In this document: piece by piece, positions 28,086 through 41,050 of the stretch
Layout of the letters: every line of letters begins with the position of its first letter
Position numbering within the stretch: position 1 is the stretch's first letter
Assembly: GCA_036759025.1 (NCBI GenBank)
Contig: DAIOVL010000006.1
Span: 69,709 to 133,708 of the forward strand
Reading direction: 5' to 3'
DNA: 64,000 nucleotides
Origin: Bacteroidales bacterium
GTDB taxonomy: Bacteria; Bacteroidota; Bacteroidia; Bacteroidales; VadinHA17
Translations under genes and position numbers: made by a program
The notes under the pieces: generated by a model
Database searches by the model: none
What the model was told of the DNA's origin: nothing
What the model saw: only the letters and a program-made list of their open reading frames with translations

Positions 28086-29527
28086 AAATAAGAAGAAGCA
28101 TATTATTAGTTCTGTCTGCATTGTTGCCTCTTTTTTCATCTGCCCAGGAAATGGCATTCAGAGCCTTTCTGTCAGATTCCATTATGCAGCATGGGGCAGT
28201 CTCATTCATGATCATCGATGCTTCCGACGGCAGTCCCGTATTCAGTCATGAAGAGAAAAGGAGCCTTGTACCGGCATCTGTAATGAAGCTGGTCACAACC
28301 GCTGCAGCAATAGAACTTCTCGGACCTGACTATACTTTTAAAACGCAATTCGGATACAGGGGTAAAATTTCCAGATTATTTAAAATCCTTGAAGGTGATA
28401 TTATAATACATGGAGGAGGAGACCCAGTACTTGGATCGAATAGATTTACAGGTCATTATGAAGGTTTTGCCGACAAATGGATCGAAGAACTGAAAATACT
28501 GAAGATCAAGGATGTAACGGGCAGGGTTATTACGGATGATTCATATTACGATTACCTTCCGGTACCTGCAAAATGGCTCTGGGAAGATGCAGGAAATTAC
28601 TACGGGGCAGGGGCCTATGGTCTTTCAATTTTTGACAACACATATGAAATTCATCTGACGATATCTCCCGACACCTCCCGGTTGTACATTACCGGAATAA
28701 CTCCATCAGAATGCACCTTTGAATTTTCCAACTGGCTTGTGGCTGCCGGAACTGCCGACGAAGGCTATGTTTTTGCTGCTCCATACAGCACGAACGGATG
28801 GCTTGCAGGTTCAATTCCATCAAATCTCAATGATTTTACCCTTAAAGCCTCGATTGCTGATCCGCCTCTGATAATGGCAAAACTAATTGATCAGAAGATG
28901 CGTGACAAAGGCATCGGCGCCGACGGTAAACCAACCACTGCAAGGCTATTGAAAGTGAGATCGGAGATCCCTTTCATAAAAATTGCAGAAACAACTTCTC
29001 CACCCCTTTCAGGCATCATAGAGATACTCAATCATGAGAGTGTTAACCTATATGCTGAGCACCTTGTAAAAGAGATAGGAAAGGTTTACAGGAAGAGCGG
29101 ATCAACAGAAAAGGGTATTGAATGCATAATGGAATATCTTGAATTATCAGGGATCAGCACGGAAGGAGTCTTCATTGTTGATGGGAGCGGTCTATCGCCC
29201 CTGAATGCTATTAACGCAGAGTCAGTTACTGCTATTCTGTACCACATGAAGCATCATGCGAAATATTTTGATCAGTTTTATTCATCTCTTCCCGATGCAG
29301 GTAAGGAAGGGACATTGAAAAGATACTTTCAGGAACCTGCATTTGATGGTAATATGAGAGCCAAAAGCGGTTCAATGACCAGAGTAAGAAGTTACGCCGG
29401 CTTTATCAGGGCCGACTCAGGCAAAGAGCTGATATTCTGTATAATAGTCAACAACTATTCAGGACCTCATCAGAAGGTTGTAACACAAATAGAAGAAATC
29501 CTTAGAGAGACCATAAAATCAAACTGA
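28082..29527 (+). CDS. dacB: D-alanyl-D-alanine carboxypeptidase/endopeptidase (PBP4, S13 family)
   Basis: SxxK context PASVMKLVT and a KTG-like AKSGSM. The signal peptide MKIRRSILLVLSALLPLFSSAQ starts at ATG 28082, which overlaps the rlmN stop as ATGA. The ORF-track start at 28043 is rejected. Confidence 0.85.
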   Translation: MKIRRSILLVLSALLPLFSSAQEMAFRAFLSDSIMQHGAVSFMIIDASDGSPVFSHEEKRSLVPASVMKLVTTAAAIELLGPDYTFKTQFGYRGKISRLFKILEGDIIIHGGGDPVLGSNRFTGHYEGFADKWIEELKILKIKDVTGRVITDDSYYDYLPVPAKWLWEDAGNYYGAGAYGLSIFDNTYEIHLTISPDTSRLYITGITPSECTFEFSNWLVAAGTADEGYVFAAPYSTNGWLAGSIPSNLNDFTLKASIADPPLIMAKLIDQKMRDKGIGADGKPTTARLLKVRSEIPFIKIAETTSPPLSGIIEILNHESVNLYAEHLVKEIGKVYRKSGSTEKGIECIMEYLELSGISTEGVFIVDGSGLSPLNAINAESVTAILYHMKHHAKYFDQFYSSLPDAGKEGTLKRYFQEPAFDGNMRAKSGSMTRVRSYAGFIRADSGKELIFCIIVNNYSGPHQKVVTQIEEILRETIKSN

Positions 29528-29594
29528 TAATTGTTTTCTTTGTGGCCTTGTTAAAACTGCCGGACAAGTTAACTCCGGAAACCGGTTTTATTTT

Positions 29595-32677
<3,083 letters not shown>

Positions 32678-32950
32678 TTACTTTAATAATTCTCCACACA
32701 GGATATAAAGAGACCTTTTTCTTTCTCATTATTAAATAACGATTACAATGATTAAGTGGGGATCCGTTACAGAATTTTTTCACCTTTTCATCTTCTCTGA
32801 AAAGACCTCTCCAACCCTGCTATAACCAACTGATATCATGTATATTGAATAACGGCACAAATATACAAATAATACCAGATTCATTTGTTAAAAAAATGTT
32901 ATATTTTATGCACAATCGGGGATAGTAATTAACAGTCCGCCGGTACCGGG

Positions 32951-34651
32951 TCAGAGGCTGTAGGAGAATCCGATCAATGCAATGAATCTCTGGGTTGGAT
33001 AGTAAGCCCACTCATAGTAATCATTAAATGCTATATTATTGAGCTTCAGCCAGAAAGAAAGTATATTGGTATATTTGTATTCAGCACTCAGGTTGATATT
33101 GACATGCACGGGCTGGGCAGATGCAAGCGGAACAAGAACGTTTCTGTCGGTTACTGCCAGCCGGCGTTTTCCTGAAGCGCTTAGAGCGGCTCCTGCAATA
33201 ATCTTATCCCTGAGGTTGTATTTAAGCCCGATCACAGCATCCCATTCGGGTTTATTCCATGGATATTCATTCTGGGCAAGAGTGTATTTATACCAGTTGG
33301 CAGTGGCATTATACCATATCTTATCCTTTACCGGGCCGCTTATCTCTCCATGAATTTTAAGTATCTCGCCGTCGTCGGGAAGAGGAATGAAAAGGTTTCC
33401 CATCTGTGGACTTATGAAATCGACGGTATCGATAAGGTTCGAAAAGAATAACATATTATTCACAAGCGAATATGAGGCAGAGACCTGATAGGTACCTCCT
33501 ATTCCGGTATTACCGTTAAGACCTGCCGACACTATCAGTGAGTGGCTGGTATTTGGAAGCATGAACAGTGTGCCGTCACGGAGTATAAATGGATTTTCCT
33601 CGAGGATCATGGCAGGCTGGTTTCTCTCCAGTTTGCCTTTCAGGGCCACATTGAATTTCACGTATGAAGGGACTATGCTGAATCCGAAATGAGCATCCGG
33701 ATAAATATGGAATTCAGGTTTGGAATCGAGATTTCTGTCAAGAAGCAGCTTTAGCCCGGCCCTGAAGCTCCACTGTGGCGTACTTTTTGTGGCAAAGGGA
33801 CTCAGTTCAAAGGTATATTTTGACCTGTCTGTTATCGATTTAGAGACCATAACATAATCAAAGGCAATGCCTGAGCCAACATAGAAGCCTTCGAATTCAC
33901 GTGACATTTCCCCGGTGAGCCCGAGTGAATGCTGGTATTTCAGGTTGGTATTATAGAAATAGTCATATCTGAGGTCAAAATCATAAGAAAAATCAGATGA
34001 GTCGAGTGTAAGTGAAGCGAATGAAACATCAGCTGACAGATTGTTGTATCCAAGTCTTATCTCTTTCTTCTCCGGATCATAATCTTTTATAGTCGTATCG
34101 TATCCGTAGGCATACCTCAGCTTCTGGGTAAAATCGACCGATCCCCCGAGGATGTTACGCCTGAAGAATTTCTTTCCGAAAAGTAAAAGGTCATTATCCA
34201 TATATCCTGCAAAACCCTGTTTGCCATTCTGAAGCAACACTTTTCCGTTTGTTGAAAAATGTCTTCCATAGAAACCGATGGCTTGCTTTTTCGACCTTTC
34301 GTTTGTTATACTAACCTCTGCCAGAGGGGTCATATAGTTCCCGATTCCGAATTTCACAAAGCTCTTGTACAGTCTTGGCAATGGATCGGGCAGAAGGGAT
34401 GCCGGCTTTAAAGGGCTGATGGTATATTCCGGCGTAAAGGGTCTTGTTGTTACATCATAGGTGAAATCAGGTATGATCCTGGCAGTGTCAATTATATCAG
34501 GCATAAAGCTTCGTTTCCTGAAATCAGGCAGAGATGGCTTGTAAGGATTGTAAAGGGTCACCTCCCTGGAAAGATCCTGCCCGGCATTCTGTGCCGAAAG
34601 AGGAAACAACAGGGGAGTTATAAGGAGAAATATTACAATTATCTTTTTCAT
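32951..34651 (-). CDS. putative outer-membrane beta-barrel (porin-like) protein
   Basis: Signal peptide MKKIIVIFLLITPLLFPLSAQ (internal Met; the ORF-track start is 34702). It has alternating aromatic/hydrophilic strands throughout and a C-terminal ...IGFSYSL. It lies 13 nt downstream of the TPR gene. Confidence 0.5.
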   Translation of the reverse strand: MKKIIVIFLLITPLLFPLSAQNAGQDLSREVTLYNPYKPSLPDFRKRSFMPDIIDTARIIPDFTYDVTTRPFTPEYTISPLKPASLLPDPLPRLYKSFVKFGIGNYMTPLAEVSITNERSKKQAIGFYGRHFSTNGKVLLQNGKQGFAGYMDNDLLLFGKKFFRRNILGGSVDFTQKLRYAYGYDTTIKDYDPEKKEIRLGYNNLSADVSFASLTLDSSDFSYDFDLRYDYFYNTNLKYQHSLGLTGEMSREFEGFYVGSGIAFDYVMVSKSITDRSKYTFELSPFATKSTPQWSFRAGLKLLLDRNLDSKPEFHIYPDAHFGFSIVPSYVKFNVALKGKLERNQPAMILEENPFILRDGTLFMLPNTSHSLIVSAGLNGNTGIGGTYQVSASYSLVNNMLFFSNLIDTVDFISPQMGNLFIPLPDDGEILKIHGEISGPVKDKIWYNATANWYKYTLAQNEYPWNKPEWDAVIGLKYNLRDKIIAGAALSASGKRRLAVTDRNVLVPLASAQPVHVNINLSAEYKYTNILSFWLKLNNIAFNDYYEWAYYPTQRFIALIGFSYSL

Positions 34652-34714
34652 TTCATTTTTTTTGAAACGATGAAATTTCTGAATTGATTTCCTTCTTTCC
34701 ATAATACGACATCG

Positions 34715-37700
34715 TCAGTTTGTCTGGTTCAGGGTTTCAAGTCTGGCTTTAACCTCTTCGAGTATGCCATCATCACTGACGGAATAATAATCACGCAGAC
34801 TTTCGAGGGTTACGCGCGCCTGAAGCTTGTCACCTTTCTTAAGACTTATATCAGACAGGAGAATGAATATTTTCGCCATCCAGTATTGATGCGGAGTGTT
34901 CTGATCGATGAATTCAGAAACCAGTTTTTCCGATTCATTTATCTGATCATTTCTGAAAAGAATCTCTGCAACCCTGTATTTCGATTCGGCTCCTTCAGCC
35001 GTTGTAACTTCAGTGGCAACTTTGCGGAAATCAGAAAGAGCAGTTTCATAATTATTGAGGCTGTAGTTTGCTTTGGCCCTCATGAAAGTTGTTTCCCTGA
35101 TCAGCTCTTCAGGCACGTTTGATGTACTTAAGATCCTGTCGGCCACCAGTAGTGTTTTCTGTGCATCTCCGAGCTGCCATGCTGATCTAATCCATCCTCT
35201 TAGTGAAGATATTCTGACATCGGTTGTCGTTGCGACCTTTTCCAGTCTTTCATAATACGCAAGCGACTGAGCATAGTCTTCTTTTGAATAGGTTATGGCT
35301 GCTGCTGCTGCAAGAGACTGTTCGGTAAACTGGTTTACCGGGGCTGAAGCTACTTCGGCATAGAGCTTCAAAGCTTCATCGATGTTTTCTGTACGGCGGT
35401 AGCATTCAGCCAGGTAAAATTGTGCATTCTGCCTGAAACTGCCGGAGGGAAACTCTGCAATATAGCTGCTGAAAACTTCGGCAGCCCTTGGATACTGGCC
35501 TTTAATAAATAAATTCTCTCCGGATGTGTACAAAAGTGAATCCTTCTCTGCCAGGTTTATATCACCGTAACCCTGAAGGGTTTTTACATAAGAGAAATAT
35601 GATTCCACATCATTCATTTCGACGTAGGCATTTTTAAGTCCGGTCATTGCTGCCCTTGCCTCCGGAGTAGATCTGAATTTTTCAATCACCCTCTTATACT
35701 GGGCTATCGCCTTGTCGCTCTGATCAGTATTATAATAAAGCAGCCCCAGCTGAACCATGGCACGGGGGACGAAAGGACTCTCAGGGAATGAAGATATTAC
35801 CGTATTAAAGTCGGCTTCTCCCCTGTCATATTCCTTAAGGACCACATGAGCCCTTCCTCTTTCAAAGATTGCATTTGCCACATATAATGAAGAGGGGTAC
35901 CTGGTAGTCAGTGAAGTAAGAACATCGGTTTTGCCTCTCATATCATTCATAAGTCCCAGACAAAATCCTTTCTGGAACATGGCATAATCGGCGTTTATTT
36001 TCCCGAAATCAATTACCTTATCATAATAGGCAACTGCCTGCGGGTAACTGGTGTTAATATAATAACAATCGGCTATCCTGTTTCTTGCATCTGCCATGAG
36101 GTCTGATCTCACGTTTGCAACGTCAGACTCAAAATTAAGGAAGTGGGTTACAGCATTTGTATAATCCTCAAGGTTGAAAAGAGCGTACCCGAGGTTATAT
36201 CTCAGAAGGTTGTTTTCTCCGAGAATTGACGAACCCGGTATTCCCATATAAGTTGTGTAGCCTTTCTTTGCTTCTTCAAATCTTCCAAGCCGGTAATCGG
36301 CTTCGGCCTTCCAGTATACAGCCCTGGCCCTGAGCTGGCGGTTGTATTTTTCAAAACGAAGCGATTTCTCGAACATTGCAATAGCTGCTTCAAGGTCCAT
36401 ATTCTTGAACAGTTCGAGACCCCGGTAGAAAGCCACACGCTGATATGCCTCCTCCAGTCTGCTGTTCATAACAGGGATCCTGTCGAGTGATGCAAGTGCA
36501 GCCTTATAGTTCCTGACCTGCATATAAGAGCTCACAAGATAATTGTAAGCTTCATCAATTCTTTCAGAGGCAGGAAACTTTTCAATATAATCCTGGAAAG
36601 CATTTATCACCTCTCCGAAAGGAGAATATGAAATCTCATAAGCCAGCTTTGCATAATTAAAGAGAGCCTGTTCGGTTATATCCCGGTCAAAATTCATTTT
36701 TGAAGCTTCCGAGAATCCCAGCTGAGCACGTTTTTTATCCCCCTTCTGCAAATAACAATCACCAAGAATAAACCATACATTCTGTCCGAGAAGATCGTTG
36801 CTTGTTCCAAGATTCCTGAGAAGTGCGATAGCCTTATCTGTTTCTCCTGTGCGGTAATAACAATATCCCAGCTGGAATTTATCCTTTCTGTCACTGATTT
36901 TTGTCCCTTCCGCAAATTTCTCAAGATACGGAAGAGCTTCGGCGTACTTTTCCTTGTTGTAGTATGCATCCCCGATAAACCTGTAAAGTTCAAGTTCCCT
37001 TTTGCTTCCGGCGGATTCAATCAGCTGGGGTGCTATTGTCAGAATCTGGTCATAGTCTTTTTTCAGGTAAAGCATCTGGACAATATAGAAGGGCACCACT
37101 CCTCCGAAGGTTTCATCATCGCGCAGGCGCAGGAAACCGTCCATGGCGGTCTCGTACATATTTTGCTCGTAAGCCAGGTGGGAGAAATAATACAGTGCCG
37201 GGGATGTGTATTCGGTATCGATGTCCTTTATTTCGGAGAACATCATCATAGCCTCCGGCTTATCTCCCCTGATCATCAGGGAATAGCCCAGGCGGAAAAA
37301 ATATTCAGACAGTTTAGCAGGTGTAAGTTCCCATCTTCTCACCTCTTCAAAATACAAAGCCGCTTTACGGTAATTTCTGTTCTGATAAAAATAATCGCCC
37401 AGTGCGAGATATGCTTCGTTTATCCTCGGGCTTTCAGGATACGACCTTATGAATTTTATCATCCTGTATTCTGCATCCGGATTGAAAAGACTCAGAGCCG
37501 CCATTGCAGCATGATATTCGGCTTCAGCAGCTTCATTCGACTTTGAGTCAGTATTGGCTGCCAGATAGCTGTCAAATAATTTTATTGCTGAGGGATATTT
37601 TTGCTTTGCGAAAAGCTCCATTCCTCTCAGGAATTCAGATCCGGTATCCTTCACAGTGAAAGGCACCTGCGAGAAAGCCTGAATGAATAAAAGCATCAGG

Positions 37701-37759
37701 CTGCTCAGGAGTACGATGGGTCTTTTTCTGTTCATAACTATTTCATTTGGGCTTCCCAT
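34715..37759 (-). CDS. large exported tetratricopeptide-repeat protein
   Basis: About 1000 aa of repeated TPR-like units (for example AEYHAAMAALSLFNPDAEYRMIKFIRSYPES, ALGDYFYQNRNYRKAALYFEE). Signal peptide LLSSLMLLFIQAFSQ. The start is possibly Met at 37735. Confidence 0.8.
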   Translation of the reverse strand: MGSPNEIVMNRKRPIVLLSSLMLLFIQAFSQVPFTVKDTGSEFLRGMELFAKQKYPSAIKLFDSYLAANTDSKSNEAAEAEYHAAMAALSLFNPDAEYRMIKFIRSYPESPRINEAYLALGDYFYQNRNYRKAALYFEEVRRWELTPAKLSEYFFRLGYSLMIRGDKPEAMMMFSEIKDIDTEYTSPALYYFSHLAYEQNMYETAMDGFLRLRDDETFGGVVPFYIVQMLYLKKDYDQILTIAPQLIESAGSKRELELYRFIGDAYYNKEKYAEALPYLEKFAEGTKISDRKDKFQLGYCYYRTGETDKAIALLRNLGTSNDLLGQNVWFILGDCYLQKGDKKRAQLGFSEASKMNFDRDITEQALFNYAKLAYEISYSPFGEVINAFQDYIEKFPASERIDEAYNYLVSSYMQVRNYKAALASLDRIPVMNSRLEEAYQRVAFYRGLELFKNMDLEAAIAMFEKSLRFEKYNRQLRARAVYWKAEADYRLGRFEEAKKGYTTYMGIPGSSILGENNLLRYNLGYALFNLEDYTNAVTHFLNFESDVANVRSDLMADARNRIADCYYINTSYPQAVAYYDKVIDFGKINADYAMFQKGFCLGLMNDMRGKTDVLTSLTTRYPSSLYVANAIFERGRAHVVLKEYDRGEADFNTVISSFPESPFVPRAMVQLGLLYYNTDQSDKAIAQYKRVIEKFRSTPEARAAMTGLKNAYVEMNDVESYFSYVKTLQGYGDINLAEKDSLLYTSGENLFIKGQYPRAAEVFSSYIAEFPSGSFRQNAQFYLAECYRRTENIDEALKLYAEVASAPVNQFTEQSLAAAAAITYSKEDYAQSLAYYERLEKVATTTDVRISSLRGWIRSAWQLGDAQKTLLVADRILSTSNVPEELIRETTFMRAKANYSLNNYETALSDFRKVATEVTTAEGAESKYRVAEILFRNDQINESEKLVSEFIDQNTPHQYWMAKIFILLSDISLKKGDKLQARVTLESLRDYYSVSDDGILEEVKARLETLNQTN

Positions 37760-37961
37760 TTACAAAGCTCAGATTGTCATATAACTATGACAGGCTGTGT
37801 AAACTGTTAATTATAAGCCATATATAGAGCACCCGTTTTTTATGGTCTGGTGTAAAATTACAACTATTAAACGCCGGCTGCCGGGCTTTATTACTGATTT
37901 TATCAACATCCAAATAGTTTTTATCAATTCTTTCCTTATTTTGCAGTCAAACGCCCCGCTG

Positions 37962-38678
37962 ATGAAAGAAGTATTGCCGCTTGATGTTATCATTGAGCTC
38001 AGGGACTGCGAGATCTGGCAACAGGATCATCTCGTAATGACAGGTGTTAATCTGAGTGTCAGAAGAGGTGAATTCATATACGTTGTAGGGAAAGTCGGGA
38101 GTGGCAAGACAAGTATTATAAAGACTCTTAATGCACAGCTTCCCCTGCGGGAAGGAAAAGGAACAGTTGCCGGATTTAACCTGATTAAGTTGAAAGAAAA
38201 AGAAATTCCCATGCTGAGAAGAAAGCTGGGAATAGTGTTTCAGGATTTTCAGCTTCTCACCGACAGAACGGTCCACGACAACCTTGAATTTGTTCTAAGA
38301 GCAACAGGATGGAAGAACAAAACAGAAATTGACACACGGATTACTGAAGTCCTCGACAAAGTCGGACTGGGTCTGAAAGGCTATAAGATGCCCCATCAGC
38401 TTTCAGGAGGAGAACAGCAACGTGTTGTTATAGGAAGAGCACTTTTAAATGACCCGGAAATAATTCTTGCCGATGAGCCTACGGGAAATCTTGATCACGA
38501 GACATCTGAAGGTATAATAAGCCTGCTCAGGGAGATCAGCAAAACAGGAAGGGCCGTCATCGTATCAACGCACAATCTGAACATACTCAAAAAGTTCCCG
38601 GCTGCAACCCTTAAATGTGAAGGAGGAAAACTCTCTCCACTGAAAACCGATGAGGAGATTGATCTGGAAGATCTTTAG
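37962..38678 (+). CDS. ftsE: cell-division ABC ATPase FtsE-like
   Basis: Walker A GKVGSGKTS, signature LSGGEQQR, Walker B ILADEPTGNLD. The start at ATG 37962 gives a typical 238-aa protein, and the 40-codon upstream extension in the ORF track is rejected. No ftsX is adjacent. Confidence 0.75.
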   Translation: MKEVLPLDVIIELRDCEIWQQDHLVMTGVNLSVRRGEFIYVVGKVGSGKTSIIKTLNAQLPLREGKGTVAGFNLIKLKEKEIPMLRRKLGIVFQDFQLLTDRTVHDNLEFVLRATGWKNKTEIDTRITEVLDKVGLGLKGYKMPHQLSGGEQQRVVIGRALLNDPEIILADEPTGNLDHETSEGIISLLREISKTGRAVIVSTHNLNILKKFPAATLKCEGGKLSPLKTDEEIDLEDL

Positions 38679-38737
38679 CCTTTTGTGCAGCATAAGCTCT
38701 ATGGATGCCAGGGTCCGTCCTGTCTGCCTGAGCGATA

Positions 38738-39643
38738 TCATTTAAAATACCTGATCAAAAGAGGCAATCTGTTACGGTAAATCCTGTAAAAGGGGATGTT
38801 AACACTTCCGAACGACTCCATGAAAGAAGCTACCCGGGGTATTGATGAACCTGCAAAGTCGAGTATGGTATCCGTTGCGGCAAAATTTTTTATCAACTCA
38901 CTTACAACATAATATCCGGTCCTCATTTTTCTGCTCTCAGGGGTGTTTACAACAAACAGCATTGTTATCCTGCCCCGCGTTTCGACCAGGAAGACGCCGA
39001 AAATTATCCTGTTCCCTGAAGTCCGGACTCCAATTATCCTTCCTCTGCCGTTAACAATACAGTAATTCATCAGTTTTTCGAGGCGATCATAATCACGCTG
39101 TTTAATGCCTCTTATCTCTGCTCCCCTGTTATTCCGAAAGAGGGCTATCAGTTGTGCAGGAGCGATGTCGTGGTTTAATTCCGGGCTGTTCCTGGTGGCC
39201 TTTTCGATATTACGCAGGCAATGCCTGGTAAAATTACTCTGAAGGATCCCGTATGGATGAGAGAGGTCCAGTTCGTAATTTGACCTTACTGTAACCCTGT
39301 AACCATGGATGTTAATGCCACACCCAGTACACAGATCGATAAGACGGTAAAATTCAGGTATGTAGTCAAAAAATTCAGCCGTCACGCTTTCAGCATCCTT
39401 GTCGGGGGCAAATCCACCCAGTTGCTGAAGGAAGACAGGGGTTGCTATATATCTGATCCCGAACCTCGAGGAACAGGGCATCGGGAAGATTGCATCATAA
39501 TCGTCGTCAACGAGGGCTTCCCATCCTGGGGACATATTATCCAGGTACCATGAAAACGCATATGGCCTGACATGCGGGATTTCATTCAGACAGCTGTCCC
39601 ACCTGTTGCGCTCTATTTCGCTGTTATGAAGATAGACAATCAT
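38738..39643 (-). CDS. hypothetical protein, possibly a GNAT/FemAB-like acyltransferase fold
   Basis: 301 aa with no signal peptide. The assignment rests only on resemblance to Bacteroidota proteins I recall being annotated as GNAT (BioF2-like/FemAB-like). A 4-nt overlap with the upstream gene implies co-translation. Confidence 0.35.
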   Translation of the reverse strand: MIVYLHNSEIERNRWDSCLNEIPHVRPYAFSWYLDNMSPGWEALVDDDYDAIFPMPCSSRFGIRYIATPVFLQQLGGFAPDKDAESVTAEFFDYIPEFYRLIDLCTGCGINIHGYRVTVRSNYELDLSHPYGILQSNFTRHCLRNIEKATRNSPELNHDIAPAQLIALFRNNRGAEIRGIKQRDYDRLEKLMNYCIVNGRGRIIGVRTSGNRIIFGVFLVETRGRITMLFVVNTPESRKMRTGYYVVSELIKNFAATDTILDFAGSSIPRVASFMESFGSVNIPFYRIYRNRLPLLIRYFK

Positions 39644-40947
39644 TGCATGCAGGTTTTCAGGATTCTATCAAACACTTCGCGCCATTCTTTCCACTCAGGA
39701 GTGTCGAGGAGGCTTGTATTATGCCATATACTTACAAAAAGTCCTCCAACCTGTTTTGTCTCATTAATAAGATGGCCGATAATCTCCCACGATGAAACCG
39801 GATCCAGCTTTTTGTACTGGAACAGTGTGCCATCCATGACCTGGAATGGAATGATTTTCAGGTTTGTATGGACATCTTCAGTCACGTCGTAGAAGAAAAA
39901 AGGCCTGGCTATTCCTGCCCTGAACCCCGGTTCATCATGATATCCAAGAGAAAAATCCTCGACAATACCCAGATTAACAAGTTCCCTGAAGGATGAGGGA
40001 AACGAAATCCTCAGGTAGTGATAACGGCTTGAAGTAACTGACTCACCAGTTATTGAAACCAGGCGGCGGATCTCTTTTCCCAGCAAAGCCGGGTTTTCTG
40101 CGGCAAAGTATGAAGGATGAATACCCACTCCGTACCGTGATCCTGCCTTTCCGATCAGATTTCTGTATTCCTGGCTTTTCCATGAAGGATTTTTGTCATA
40201 TTCCGAGTAGTCGGCGGCCGGAAAAAAGAAACGGGCAGGAGTACCGTATTTTGAGATTGCTTCCATTATGTAGTCGAATACATAATATGGATCCTGCTTT
40301 CCACGAAACAGCACCTTATATCTTTCAAATGCCTTTTTTCGTCTCACTGCTGCATCGCGGATGAAACCGCCCAAACCTGTAAGGAAATTTTTTCCCAGAT
40401 AAGCGAAGGGCTGATCGGAATCGATCGTGATAATTGAGCTGAAATTGTTTTTCCTGAAAACCAGACCGGGATATTTTCCAAGAAGTGCCCGGGCGAATTC
40501 ACGTGTCCATAGATCCACTACCGGCTTATCCAGAAATCTGCCTGAAAAGGCCATTGAGGATGCAGCCCGGAACCTCCCGTGCTCATCGGTCTGGTGATCG
40601 GAGTATTCTTCATACCTGGTCACCATGTAAAATGATGCTGCAAAAATATCGAATGGGAGATCTGATTCACCATCTGTCTGATAAAATATCGGAAGCTTCC
40701 TCCATACGGAGATATTCAGATGCTTTTTATCAATCCCCTTTTCAAAAAGGATTCCGGCAGGTGTAATTTTAAATGACCCGGCTATGTAAGTGTCTGAATA
40801 ATTTATCACCGGATCCTTTCCAATACGACGTTTGTCCGTTACAATATCCCAGCTGAGACCAAGAATATCACCTAATATTATCCCCGCAATATAGTTTAGC
40901 CTTGGAGAGCGGTTACTTACATAAATTTTAACCTGTCGGGCTGCCAT
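39640..40947 (-). CDS. polysaccharide-deacetylase-like protein (DUF7033-like N-terminus)
   Basis: 435 aa. The N-terminus KIYVSNRSPRLNYIAGIILGDILGL resembles the conserved start of a Bacteroidota family usually annotated as polysaccharide deacetylase family. Canonical NodB metal motifs were not verified by eye. Confidence 0.4.
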   Translation of the reverse strand: MAARQVKIYVSNRSPRLNYIAGIILGDILGLSWDIVTDKRRIGKDPVINYSDTYIAGSFKITPAGILFEKGIDKKHLNISVWRKLPIFYQTDGESDLPFDIFAASFYMVTRYEEYSDHQTDEHGRFRAASSMAFSGRFLDKPVVDLWTREFARALLGKYPGLVFRKNNFSSIITIDSDQPFAYLGKNFLTGLGGFIRDAAVRRKKAFERYKVLFRGKQDPYYVFDYIMEAISKYGTPARFFFPAADYSEYDKNPSWKSQEYRNLIGKAGSRYGVGIHPSYFAAENPALLGKEIRRLVSITGESVTSSRYHYLRISFPSSFRELVNLGIVEDFSLGYHDEPGFRAGIARPFFFYDVTEDVHTNLKIIPFQVMDGTLFQYKKLDPVSSWEIIGHLINETKQVGGLFVSIWHNTSLLDTPEWKEWREVFDRILKTCMQ

Positions 40948-41050
40948 GTAACAAATGTAATAAAACCATTTGGAAATCTGATACTTCTACACATAACTCC
41001 TGACAATATTATGACAGACCTCAAAAAATCCGGTTCAATGAAAGTCGGGC

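Noticed and set aside
28006-28251. Short ORFs around the rlmN/dacB junction (28006-28215 on the minus strand, 28036-28251 and the 28043 start on the plus strand).
   Set aside because: They overlap the conserved rlmN C-terminus. The dacB signal peptide begins at 28082, so the upstream extension is an artefact of taking the longest ORF.
37842-37961. 40-codon N-terminal extension of ftsE.
   Set aside because: FtsE homologs are about 220-240 aa. The ATG at 37962 restores that length, and the extension has no ABC-ATPase features.
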